Notes under the pieces: generated by a model | What the model saw: the letters and a program-made list of their open reading frames with translations, nothing else | What the model was told of the DNA's origin: nothing | Database searches by the model: none | Origin: Callorhinchus milii | Taxonomy: Eukaryota | Direction: 5' to 3' | Length of the DNA: 64,000 bases | NCBI RefSeq assembly: GCF_018977255.1 | Contig: NW_024704742.1 | Span: forward strand, 14,944,001-15,008,000 | Part shown: positions 36,421 through 49,137 of the stretch, in pieces | How the letters are laid out: each line of letters starts with the position of its first letter | Position numbering within the stretch: the first letter of the stretch is position 1 | Made by a program: the position numbers and the translations under genes

Positions 36421-38814
36421 TTAGTGATGTTGATCCCCTGCTGGAGCTATAATTCAATTTTCCTGCTCTTTCCCCATGCACTTTAATATGAGTATTCCTC
36501 TCTATAAGTCATTGCTATGGGCTTGCCTTAAACAGTCATGATGGCCGAAGGGCCTTCTTCTATGCTGTAAGTATCCATTGAACTCTCTTCATGTCCCTTC
36601 TATAATGGATTACACTAACTGGTGCAATACTTCAACTGGAGCCTGGACCTTTTGATGTTGATTACTTATTGATATCTCAATGTGTCACATTTATAAGAGT
36701 TTTCCCAAATAATCTTCACAAGCCCTGAAACACATTTGTGAATATCCAAACTTGAAATGTTTTGGAATTTATTTTGATGCACAAAAGCCCAATAGGATTT
36801 GACTGTAAACTTAAGATGCTTCCAGCACATATGGGATTATTTCCAGTATCCTCAACATCTCCATCACACACACAACTGCTCCTGACATGTCCACATGGTG
36901 ATGTTATTTGAGATGAATGAACAGAATTGCATGTTATTTGATATTGACTCAGCTGTAGGGCTGAGTGCTTCAACTGCTTCAATCCAAATCCTACTTTGGA
37001 TTCTGATCTCCTTTAATCAAAAGCAAAATTTGAATTAATATTGTGATTTCTTGATGGTGTAATTGTTTGCATATGCAACTTCACATGTGATCTGTTGTAA
37101 CAGCTGTTGTCATTGGATGTATGTGGAATGGACAGACTGGAGAGGAGGGCGGGAGGGGCAGAGGTGGGGAGTGGAGATGCCAAATGGACCCAAACCCAAA
37201 CAAATTAGAAAGCTCAGAACATATCCAACCTGGGCCAAACTTATTCAGAAACTACTCTTAATAATCATAATAATCCTTGCATTTGATAAAGCGCCTTATC
37301 ATATTCTGTGATGTGCTTTGAGATGTCTCAACGATGTTGTTATCACGTCGTTGAGACGCCTCAAAGCGCTCCACAGAGTTTTGTGTGCGAAAAGCAGCAG
37401 CACACAGCAATATCCCACAAACAGCCATGGGATGAGTAACCAATTTTATTTTAGCATACCTCTTGTATTCATACCTGCTCAGCTGTCTTGATCATTGCTC
37501 CTTTCCTTGTTTGATTTGATGCAGGTTAACGTTTCATAGTAAAACACAGCATAGAAGTAGGTCACTCATCTCTCCGTCCAGATATTTTCCTCCATGTGAG
37601 ACAATCTGATCTCATTCTCCTGCTCAGTTGCACACGTGTCACCTGTTTGTCTGATTCCCTCTTAAAATGATTCATAGACTGCTTCAGCAATAGCTTGCGG
37701 CAGAGAATTCCACATTCCAACCAGCCCCTATGTAAAACAAGATATCCATAAAATTATAGTGAAATTGATTAGTAAGTATGGATTTCAAAGCGGACTATCA
37801 ATGAACCCAGAGGAACTGTAGTCATTTAATTCTTGATCAGACTGAGGTCCAGACTAATCCTAATAATCACAATGCAAGTCTGCATTCCCTCTCATTTTAG
37901 TATATTGTTTTGCTGTTTCAATTCAGTTTCTGACACTGCTGAATAAGCTTTAAAATCCACCCAAAGAACAGTTTGATGTCTGATTCAAACAGTAAGCTGA
38001 GGGTGGGTGTCTGTAATTATTGCTTATTTTCTCCCTACAATGGTAATCTTTCAATATCCACATTACCCCGCACTGCCATCCTTAGCAGCAAAGAACAATA
38101 TAGAATCCATACATACCATTTCTACTGCAATAAGGCTCAACACAGAGGGAACATGGCTTGTGGCCAGTTTTCCTTTCTTCTTACTCAAAAGTAACACAAT
38201 CTGATAAATCTCCCCCTTGAAGGGAAGCTCAAATACAGACATATCAATGAAACGTATGATTTAAACTTGTAGCTCCAAGTGAGGAGTTAGATGCCCAGTG
38301 TTATAGTTACAACACCCAATGATAAACATGCAGTTAGCAGGAATGTTGATTTGAAGTGAATTATTACTCAGGGATACATTCATTCAAAACTGTCTGGTTT
38401 ATAGGAAACAGTTAAACTTGTTTGTTCCTTTATATGTCCTATTTTGTAAGATAGTGCTGTGACTTATTATTAGATTGTCAGCTTAAAGCACATTGCACCA
38501 ATGTAACAGTCAAGGTTTCACTTTTCATATGGTTAACAAAGCATTGTTACCTGACCCTCTACAAGGAATGATGATTAGATTTGTTCTAAACAGATGAAAT
38601 GTATCATGATGCAACATGCTTGTCAAGTGCTGTCATTCAGTATCAATCCCAAAAAGATCAATATGGTCACCAGTGACAAAGCTTCACCCACAAATTCTCC
38701 TGGTTGTGGAATTTCCTCCTAGGTATCACTGACCAGAAACCCATCCCTTTTGTGCAGAGATAAACAAGAGCTATGGAAAATCTCTGGCAGTTATTCCGGG
38801 TCAAGGTCATGAGG

Positions 38815-39380
38815 CATCTAGTCTTCACCTTCAAAGCCCTCCACGAACTTGCTCCTTCCTCTCTCTGTGATCTGCTAATGCCTTATCAACTTGTCCACTC
38901 CTTCCTCTCAGCAGGCTCGGGCTTGCTCTGCAGGCCCCGTCAGCCCGCCCCACTACCAGCAGGTGGGCCTTCAGCCTCTCTGCCCCCATCCTTTGTAACT
39001 CCATCCCGCAGTCCCTTCACCTTGCTCCTTCCCTTGCCTCCTTCAAAATAATAAATAATAATCCTTGCATTTGATGCACCTTATCAAGTCTTCGAGACGT
39101 CTCAAAGCTTTTCACAGAACACACTGTAAAGTGAATTGACTGTATATTTTGTGGGTGAAATACACATTCAATTCCTTCAAGGCACATCTCAAGACCCTCC
39201 TCTTTGACCGCGCCTTTGGTCATGCTCCAAACTCTAACTCTAACTCTAACCTCCCTGCCCTCCTTACGGGCCACCCCTCCCAATCCCAACTCCCTGCTTG
39301 GGTCCAAATCCCTGACTGTCAAGGGCCTTGGGATGTAACTCCTGACGTGAAACGTGCTATACAAATATTATTTGTTGTTG
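38815..39380 (+). mobile_element. L2 3' fragment with an antisense SINE insert (39047-39172), TSD TCCTTCAA
   Basis: LVFTFKALHELAPS and SFKAHLKTLLFDRAF flank the insert; TCCTTCAA at 39039-39046 and 39173-39180. Confidence 0.85.
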
Positions 39381-40502
39381 TTACACTTACCTCCAGTTGG
39401 ACCCTGTTCTTATGGCATCCAATGTGCAAACAAAACACACAATCGCCTAATAAAGCCATAACATAAATCAATAATACAGTCTAAAGGGGCCTTTACATTG
39501 TCTTATCACAATGTATGAACTTACTTTTAGAACTAGCTAGTCTGTTCAGTTACTGAACACTTCATTCCTAGACAAGATCAAATATATGCTGGAGCTTGAT
39601 ATTCTGTCCAGGAATAATTTGGAAAAGGAAGCATTTGCTAGTTCTCATTACAAACCTTTTTTTTTAGATTTTTAAAAACATTGAGTACTGGTTAAAATTA
39701 TATTTGAATAAAATATGAGTCATAGGAAATAATGCAACGCAGAATAGAACATAAATTTCAATTCAAAGATCTCTGTAACAATGCCTTTGTTACAGTATAT
39801 TGAAACAGTATATGTGCAATGGAAAACATTTCCTCATCACTAATATAGTACCCTCTCTCTTAATTATTGAAACCTGTGGCTGTATTAATAAATTACAGAT
39901 GCATCAGTAAATTCAGAGAAGATTTTGTTTGAGAATATAAGTACTTTGGATATTTAGAGGATGATGAGGTGTAGATAAAGACTTTTCAACTCACCTAACC
40001 TCATCTTTCCCGAATACCATCTTTCCATTACAGCATCAAGCTGTTTTTTAAAATAACAATAATAATCCTTGCATTTGATATAGTGCCTTATCGTATCGTT
40101 GAGACGTCTCAAAGAACTTCACTGAATATACTGTAAAGTGAATCGACTGTATATTTTGTGGGAGAACCTATGCCTTTTTGTCTCACTGGCTTGGCAGACT
40201 TGAAAGTATTGTTCTGGCTTTACTTTCTCTATTCCAGTCAGCATCTTATCCATCTTAATAAAATCCACATCACTTTTCCAGCCCAGCAGAAGTAGTCATT
40301 CCTCATAGCTTATCCCTCCAACACTGAGAATCAGCATCTTTGATTCCTATGTGCAGCCCCTGGGGTGTTTTTGTGCAGCTGACTGGAACTGTAGTCAGCT
40401 CTGCTACATTCCATTTCAATCAGAATAAAACACATTTATTGAAAGACTAGCTGTTAGAATTGAATAACTTAATTGTGAACAGTAAACGGTTTCAGTGTCG
40501 AT

Positions 40503-41270
40503 CAACAACAACAACAAAATTATATTTATATAGTCCCTTTCATGTCGGGAGGATGTTCCAAGGTGTTTCAGACCCGAGCTTGGGGTTGGGATGACGGAGG
40601 GTGGAGAGCAGCAGGGGAAGGAGGGTGGCCGAAGGCACGGTCGAAGAGGAGGTCTTGAGATGGTCTTGAAGGAGGCAAGGGAGGGGGCGAGGCGGAGGGA
40701 CTGTGGGGATGGAGTTCCAGAGGGTGGGGAAGTGACAAAATGTTCGCCCCGCCCAATGGTGGGGAAGGTGAAGCGGGGGACATGAAGCTGGCTGGAGCCC
40801 GCTGACGGACGGAGCAGGCAGGTTGGTAGGGGGTTAGAAGGTCGCAGAAGTAGGGAGGAGCTAGGTCATGGAGGGCTTTGAAGGTGAGGACCAGGATCAC
40901 AGACTGTATCCTCTGTGTGATGGGAAGCCAGTGGAGTTGGGCGAGGATGGGGGTGATAGGGTTATGGAGCGTGGTGCGGGAGAGGACAGTTCTGAGTGCG
41001 GGAGAGGAGAGTTCTGGATGATCTGCAGCCTATGGAGGGAGGAGTTGGGGGGGCCGAAAAGCGGGGAGTTTGCGTAGTTGAGCCTTGATGTTCTGAATGC
41101 TTGTATGAGTGTCTCAGTGACCTGCGGTGTGAGACAGTGGCTGAGCCGGACGATGTTGCGGAGGTGGGGAAAGGCGGAGTGGGTCATGGCACCGATGGAT
41201 AGTTGAGTGTCAAACAAGACGCCAAGGTTCTGGACTGACTCAGCAAGGTGGAGTGTGCATCCTTGGATCA
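40503..41270 (-). mobile_element. L2 3' fragment, same subfamily as 34093-35850
   Basis: VQNLGVLFD, HLRNIVRL, SRLNYANS and ILVLTFKALHDLAP motifs; (ttg)n tail. Confidence 0.9.
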
Positions 41271-41623
41271 ACCATTGTATTCTAGGGATTTAATATGTTT
41301 CTCTTACAGTCTGGTAGTCCATAGTCAGCTGTGGGCTGAAGCTGAGACCAGATGTTTATTTTGCTCTTAACTGCCCTCATTAAGCATGGTTATCAACAAT
41401 GATTACATTGCTACCAAATATCATCCATTCTTATGTTACCAATGTGTAGATAACCAAGACCTCCAGCAACCTTCTTTGGCTTCTCCTTGGTTGATGTCAT
41501 CTAAACATTCCCATGTCTTGTCTTCCTGACCTTTCCTCCTGTTTCTTTTATATTGAGCGGGTGAGTACCTTCACGCAGGTAACCTTCTCTTCTCCAATCA
41601 ATTTGTACCTCAATTAATGAGTT

Positions 41624-41853
41624 AAGAACATAAGAACATAAGAATTAGGAGCAGGAGTAGGCCATTCGGCCCCTCGAGCCTGCCCCGCCATTCGATAAGA
41701 TCATGGCTGATCTTCAGACCTAACTCTAATTACCTGCCCTAACCCCATATCCCCTAATCCCTCTGTTTTTTTAAAAATCTATCAGTCTCAGCCTTGAAGA
41801 TATTCAAGGACTGAGCATCTACAGCCTTCTGGGGTAGTGAATTCCATAAATTC
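41624..41853 (-). mobile_element. CR1 3' end fragment
   Basis: (ttcttatg)n tail; 3' UTR aatggcggggcaggctcgaggggccgaatggcctactcctgctcc similar to 9243-9280. Confidence 0.85.
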
Positions 41854-43324
41854 TTAGATGAACATCTGGGATTTAGTTTATAAGATTCTAATGAATTTAT
41901 TTTTTATATCCTTTAAAAGTCCAAAGTACTGCCCTTCTCCTTTGATACATATATTTTCCAACTCTCCATGTTCTCTGCCCCATAGCCCATTTTCCTTAAC
42001 CTAACATGAATAGTTGGGCCATTCAGAATTCCCATCCTGTTAATTTTGATAAGACCCCATGGGCCAATTTAGATTTGCTTTTCCTGTCTTTGCCTCTTTT
42101 GTGCAGCTAATATTTTCAGGTCAATAAACTCTTAATATGTTTATTGACAGCCCGTTGGTAGTTTTCAAGATTTATTTTTTTGACAACACTTGTAATGATA
42201 TGACTTTTTTTTATAGCTGCTTTAATGGCTGCAGAGTAATATGATCACAACATTTGATGCTTTTTCTAATGGAAAAATGATCTGTCATCAAATGATTGGA
42301 ATTTACATTGACCTTGTTGTATATGACTGGCAAGTGGCAGCCAAGCTGCCTCTATTAGTAACTATAGATAATGATGTTCGTGCTGCTGCAGTATTCAGGT
42401 TCAGTTTTGGTCTTTACAGAGTCTAAAGCTATGAGTATAACACCAGTAGACTTCCAGGGATCAGATGGGACTGGAATTTCACCTAGTCTTAGACAGTAAG
42501 ACCATTTTGCCTTAACATTTAATATCACACAGAACTGGACAATTCTGAAATTCGTTTTAAGAACTGTGGAAAACAGGCTTCCAAATTTCGACTTAAATTT
42601 CACAGAGAAGTATTTCAGGCTAAGATTAAATGAAATTTGTCATGCACTAAGTACATTAGTGCAAGGAAACATTGACATGCCTTTTCAGACTCTGAGGGAC
42701 AACAACTTGCATTTATATAGTGCCCTCCATGCAGGGTAGTGCCTCAGAGCGCTTGTGACAAGTTGTCATCTGTCATAATCGGCAGCAAGGGATATGTCAG
42801 CAGCGATGAGCGGTACATTATAAGACTCACTGGACATTGAGATGATACCCCTTAAAATATTAAGAATCGGTGATCTTTTCCTAGTAAACCATCAGGGATG
42901 AGGTTTTTATTCCTTTTTTCTCCAACCCTCAATACTCATCTTTTTCTAACCGATAGTTAACATCCTGACCCACAGGGCTCCCTCCTCCAGTTCCCTGTTT
43001 GTCACCAATAGCTGTGAGAGGGAAATGGATCTGTCAGTTGTCTGTGATCTCAGAGCCATGTTGATGAACCAACTTCTTACCACTCCACGGTTCAGGTCCT
43101 CACAACAGTGTACAAAGCTATCTTCCTTCATTGACAGTAAGTATGGTTACTTCAATAGCAAGGTACCAAACTGCTGTCTTGTATGCACATTTAGGTTTCA
43201 CTGCAATTTCAGCATGAGTAGCGTGCTAAAATTGTCTAAGTGTCTGATATTTAAGTTGTCTGATTCGGCCAGTTTATCTTGTTTATAAATAAATCTCAAA
43301 TAGCTTTGTAGTCCGTTCACGTTA

Positions 43325-43617
43325 TAATAATCCTTGCATTTGATATAGTGCTTTATCACATCTTCGAGATATCTCAAAGCGCTACACAGAACTTACTGTA
43401 AAGTGAATTGACTGTATATTTTGCAGGCGAAACGCGGCAGCACAGCACTGTCCCACAAACAGTCATGGATTGAGTGGCCAAATTATTTTCTATTTATTTT
43501 GATAAAATTATCACCCCCGGAAAAGCAATCGGCCAATTGACTAACAACCGAGTTCCTGGTTAAAGCTAGGTAAACAGAGGTGTGTGGAGTAAGGAAACTT
43601 GCCCAATGTTTCGCCCT
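43325..43617 (-). mobile_element. SINE, long form, head truncated
   Basis: Colinear with 30619-30925. Confidence 0.85.
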
Positions 43618-45103
43618 TATGTTTGGTACTCATTCCTACAGGCACAATAGTCCACACACAATGGATTGCATGCTACTGATTTACATGGTTGAGAAGCAAC
43701 AGGCTTACACAGTAACTTTAACAAAAATCAGCATTTGTGGATGGTGCCATGGAATTCACCCAGAAACTGCAAACATCATTTTTTAATCAAAATCCTCAAC
43801 TAACTTTAGAATTCAACACAGCTGCAACCTTTAAACTGTCCATCTGCTCCAATGAGAAAAGGTAGAGTCATGTGGTCATGTCATCGGCATCTGACAGAGA
43901 GCTGCATCCCCTTGCAAATTGTTAATGATGCTGACATTTGCTATTACATTAGAGTTTAACATGCAGTTTAAACTCAGAAATGCATAATGTATCGATTAGG
44001 AATGGCTGGCATCTGCCACAGGCAGACTTCTCTCCCCCACCTCCCCCATCACTCTGTTAACACTGTTTTTTCAATGCCAATGTCTATGAACCCAATTGCA
44101 GCTTTTGGTTCTCACTTAACAGGAACCCAGCTTTGCTCTGTGGTTTTGTTTAGTAAAAACCCATTTTCCATTGGCCAATAGTTGAATGCCTCTGTTCATG
44201 AGCTGGAAGCTAAGTGCATGCTTAAGAGTCTCTGAACCAAACTGCTGAGAATTGCACAAATGCATGATTTCATTAAGAAGCTCATATGAGATTGGTTCAA
44301 TATGTAAGCATCACATCCTCACTTTCCTCCTTCATCAGGTATTTTAATAACACCAGATACTGGACTATTGGAGATATACGCACAACAAGGTGACCTACAT
44401 CTCCTCAAGCTAGATTAACAAATTCACAGCCAACCTGCTCCTCTTTTCCATTATATCACTAATCCATGCTTCCACATCTATAAGTAATTTAGAACAAAGT
44501 CTCATTTGAACAGACACGACAGGAATTTCTTTGTACAGTGACTTTTACAGGAGTTTATAATCCTGTAATAAATGCACATCATTAAAATCACTACCGTAAG
44601 AGAAATGTCTTCCTTAGATGTTGAGAATTTCCTGACATTTGTTGCATAATTTAACAAACAAGAATTCTTGACATGCAATAATGTCACATTTTTGTGCCTC
44701 ACTTTTATGTCTCTTGGCTTTCAATTTCTGTGTGTGTGTTTGTATGTGTTTATGCTGAGATTGCCTCTTCTGTTGCTGTTTTTTCCTTGCCTTTTTTCGC
44801 TTGCTGCTTTTTCTTTCACGCCTCTCTTGGCTTTACTTTCCTTTCTTAGTTTAATTACTTTACTTGGCAGATTTTTAACTATTTCTCTTTCCAAGGCAGA
44901 TCCTCGAGTGTTCTGCATCATGCCTAACATGCACACAGGTGGAAGACATGGGTTGAAATTCTTGGTCAAGACTAACACGAGTTTCTCATAACTTCAGAGC
45001 ATCTAGAATTTGACAAATTCTTAAATGCAGACTTGATTTAGGAGCCAATGGAATCTTTTAGGGCTATTGACTCTACTCTGATATACATTACATAAATGAC
45101 ACC

Positions 45104-45480
45104 CAACAGACAACAGCAACAAGATTCCATTTATAGAGTGTCTTTCACGTCGGGAGGATGTCCCAAGGCGCTGTACAGTTGTGTCAGGACCCGAGCAAAG
45201 GGGAAATGGTCAGAGTGAGGAGAGGGAAGGGAGGGAGCGAGGAGGGGGTAGAGAGTCGAGAGGGGAGCTGAAGGCACGGTCAAAGAGAAAGGTCTTGAGA
45301 CCGGCCATGAAGGAGGAAAGGGAGGAGGCGGCGAAGGCACTGGGGGATAGAGTTCCAGAGCCTAGGGGCTGAGAGGCTGAAGGCCCGGCCACCGATGGTA
45401 GGGCGGTTGGGGCGGGGGATGTGGAGCAGACCAGAGCCAGAGGAACGGAGGGTACGGGCAGGTAGGTAGGGGGATAGTAG
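45104..45480 (-). mobile_element. Young L2 3' fragment
   Basis: Near-identical to 17148-17520 and the 3' part of 31156-31841. Confidence 0.92.
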
Positions 45481-46765
45481 CCTGTCAGACATCTTGTTCC
45501 TGCATGAGTTGACAAAAATGTTGACAAAACTAAGGCTATCCTGTTCAGCTCTCCGATCAGTGTCCTCACCTCAGATGCAGACCATATCACATTGTCTAGT
45601 TGTTGCCTACTCTTGTGGTTATTGTGCTCATTTATTTAGACTCACAGAGATGTCATGCAATCTTTTCACTGATGGCAATTATTGATAAGTGAATCCATCA
45701 ATCGGCATTAATTTCCTGTGTAAAACCAGCACCCATTATTATCATACACAAACAGACACTGTAACCATGCAGGAAATTGAGTCAATTTTCACTTCTAATG
45801 CACCAATAGCTCAATGAACACACAACCTGAAAAGCTCATCATATCAAAAAATCTGTAGCTATCATCACATTTTATACCTGATCTTAGAGATTGCTTCCTT
45901 ATAATAGAAGCTCCTACTTCAATAAAATGAAATAAAGACAAGTAGTTAAGTGCCTTGGGACATCCTCCTGATGTGAAAGGTGTTATATCAATGTAGATTT
46001 ATTATTTATTATTTGCATTGTAGCATTACCTTGTCCTCGTAAGCTTGAAATAATGTAGCGCAATTGTAAATGACCAGAAGAGAATGTCTTTGCCATAGGG
46101 GCTTTATTTCCCTGAAATTAAAAAAATAGAAAATGATCATAATCTGACAAGACTGTAATGTCTTTGAATACATTCAGTGCTATAAAGCAGAGGTCAAGAA
46201 CATGCAAATTTTTCGATATGAGTATTACAAATCTGAATTCAATTCAATGATTTCAAGTGTTGCTGATACATTTACAGAATGACTGAACCTGAAAGTGACC
46301 TTTATCTGTAATAACAGCAGCAACAACTTATGTAGCAGCTTTAACATTAGGAGGACGTCTCAAAGTGCTTCATACAGTTGACTGGGGCCTGAGCTGGGGT
46401 GGTGATGGGGTGGTTGGGGGAGAAGGGGGGAGTTGGCCGAATTTGTGGTTGAAAATGTGTTATGGCAGGTTTTAAAGACTGTGGAGGAGGAGGCATTAAA
46501 TAAAACAAATTATGGAAAATATCCTTTTCTGTAAATTTGGATCTTTCTTCCTCACTTGCACGAGGGAATTCTGAATTGCATACTGAAAAATAATAAGTAC
46601 AGGTCGTATAAGTTCAGTTAATTTGATGCTTACGGGGAGTGTCATCTGTCTGTGCTAATGAAAAGATGTGGTAGACCGATTTATATTAATACCCTACAGA
46701 AATAAAATAAATGAAACATGTTTGTATGTAATGCTTTGTGGGTTTCAATTGACCTTCATCTAAGG

Positions 46766-46857
46766 CAGCAATGGCTAACTTGTGGCCTGCAGGCCACTTG
46801 CGAACTGCATTATTCATGCATAGAAGAGTCACGCAGGCCACAAGTTGGTAATTCCTG
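46766..46857. mobile_element. hAT-type MITE (92 bp)
   Basis: 25-bp TIRs CAGCAATGGCTAACTTGTGGCCTGC and (reverse complement of right end) CAGGAATTACCAACTTGTGGCCTGC; 8-bp TSD ATCTAAGG/ACCTAAGG. Confidence 0.8.
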
Positions 46858-48194
46858 ACCTAAGGGACGGGGCTCTGTATTGGTAACAAGCAACCTTTGA
46901 AGTTGTGGGCTTATAATGGGAAATCCCATTAACCACGCCTGAATGCGCTGAACCTACTTTCAAACAGCCTTCCCCTCTTAAAGAAAAATATATTCTGCAG
47001 CTGTAAACTACAGTACCAGTAAAGGTATAGTAACAAAAGTTCACATTGCAATAGAAAGTGAATTGCAGTTAACATAGCTTTGTCCACTATTCTAGTTCCA
47101 TAGATTTAAAGATTTATATCAATATCGTATATATCGATATGATCGATATATACGATCATATATCGTACTGTATATGATTTTGGAGAAAAATATGTAACTC
47201 TATAATGCTTGACACTGGTTTCTTTCGAAGCCTGTGCTCCAACTTTCTTTAGTCTGCTTCTTGCTCCATTTGTTTGGACTTTGCATCTATTTCTTCTTAG
47301 CATCTGACCTCATGGTGACAGATATCGAGTTGTACCTTATGACGTGTTGTTAACTTTCGCTTTCACAGGAGAAAAGGGCTCTCTCAGGTTATAAAGTCAT
47401 TTCTTCAGTGCTAAGGGGCACTGCAAGAAGCATTACAAGAGTGAGAAAGAAACCAGGATGTTCAAATACTCTCCATTTACATCTGCAACCAGTTTGAAAT
47501 CCAACTCAAGTGAATGACAAAAAACATCCTCTTTCTGTGCCAGCTGTTAGGATTCTAAGTTGCAGAAATGTGTACAGTGATGATGTGGTTTCTTGGGCTT
47601 GTTGCTTAAAATACTGCCCCTAATGATGCATTAATTGGAACTAAATTGATGGGCTGACTCAAAGAGAGCACAATGATGTCTGGCATGGGAAATGGCTCTC
47701 AGTTTGTGGCTGGGTTTAAATCTTTTCAGACTATCCCTAAGGCTATGCCAATAAATCAATTATATAGAACAAATCGCGGATAACATGCTCAACTCCTTCA
47801 GAATGTAGAGATGAAGCTCCACCACCTTATGTCTTCTGATTCCTGAGAATGTACTGCAACCTTGAATATTCTCCCATTTTTTAATTTATGATCAATGGCA
47901 AGTGGGGGGAGGAGGGGGGGGAGATTTTTCCCACTCAATTCCCGTTAACACCGCAAGTCAAAGCCTTACTGAAAGCAGTAGGGAGCTTGCCAATACTCTG
48001 CAATCGTAGGCTGCTTAAACTGGTTTTAGCTGGTTAAACTCCAACTGTACCTCAATCCTTGGATCTTGCCAATCTGCATCCATACTTTAGAATTCCTTAA
48101 GCGGTGTAAGTTCCTCCAGGTAGAGAGTCAATATATAATACCAGACAAATGGAAACAATTCAGATGTGGAACTCTTACTCTGGTTTGGATACCC

Positions 48195-48780
48195 TTAACA
48201 AGGCAAACAGGATGCAAGGCTATATTGTTAAATTAGTTCAGTTTAGATCCTGAGGCATCTATTCTGGTTGTACAGTTCTCTTGTCAGAGCGAACGTAGAA
48301 TACTGCATAAAGTTCTGGTCACCACAACATAAAAGGGGTAGTCCAGGCCCCAGAGGCGGTGCAGAGGAGAGCAACAAGAAAGATCCCCTAGCTTGTTTAA
48401 TCACTTAGAAATGTGAGCTTTGAGCAATGATTAGACAAGGCTCTTCTGTCTTGAGAGAAGATGACTCAGGTGGACCTAATAGAGGTGTATTGAAATTTCA
48501 ATGGGATTGAAAAAGTAAATGCAGAACAATAGTTGAGGATGCAACAGGATAATAGAACAAAAGGACATAGGTTTAGAATTGTGAAAGGCAATTTCAGAAC
48601 AGATACCAGAAAGTTTTTCTTTACATAGAAGGTAATTAATGACTGGAACAGGTTGACAGAAAAGGTGGTTGAGGCCAGGGCACTGAACTCATTTAAAAAA
48701 AAGTTGATGAGGGATGGGAGGGAAGGATAAATTGTGTGAGCTGAACAGCCTTCTTCATTGAAATCCAATCTTGTGTGATT
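48195..48780 (+). mobile_element. Old CR1 3' fragment
   Basis: Decayed EYCI.FWSP, EAVQRRATR, RTKGHRFRIVKG.FRTD.RKFFFT..VINDWN motifs. Confidence 0.7.
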
Positions 48781-49028
48781 TAGACATCTGTATCTACATT
48801 TACTCCATTTAAGTAGCATTTCAGAACTCCTAAAACTTTGCAGATTCTTAAATACAAAATTCTTTAATTTTGAAGCTGGTTTTCTGTAGTTTTTTTTCCT
48901 AAGATCTAGCGAAAATTGACTTCAAAGTTAAGACTGAATTCAACAATTTGCCACATTCTAAATTGTTACATAAACAGAGTAAATCTAGTCCCTGGTGGAA
49001 TTTTCCCCATAGATTTCCAGGGAATTGA

Positions 49029-49137
49029 ATGCCATGGGTAGATAAACTTGGACCACCGCGGAAACTGATCCCATGGACAGATAACCTTCCAGACCACCAT
49101 AGAGTGAGATGCCATTGACAGATAGCCCCTAGACCAC
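49029..49137. repeat. Degenerate tandem repeat, about 40-bp period, 3 units
   Basis: atgccatgggtagataaacttggaccacc / atcccatggacagataaccttccagaccacc / atgccattgacagatagcccctagaccac. Confidence 0.65.

Noticed and set aside
44721..44978. Lys-rich 85-aa minus-strand ORF
   Set aside because: Explained by a T/C-rich low-complexity plus strand; no homology or convincing splice pair.
49029..49137. CRISPR-like repeat-spacer array
   Set aside because: Only three degenerate units with about 10-nt linkers, no cas genes, vertebrate context.
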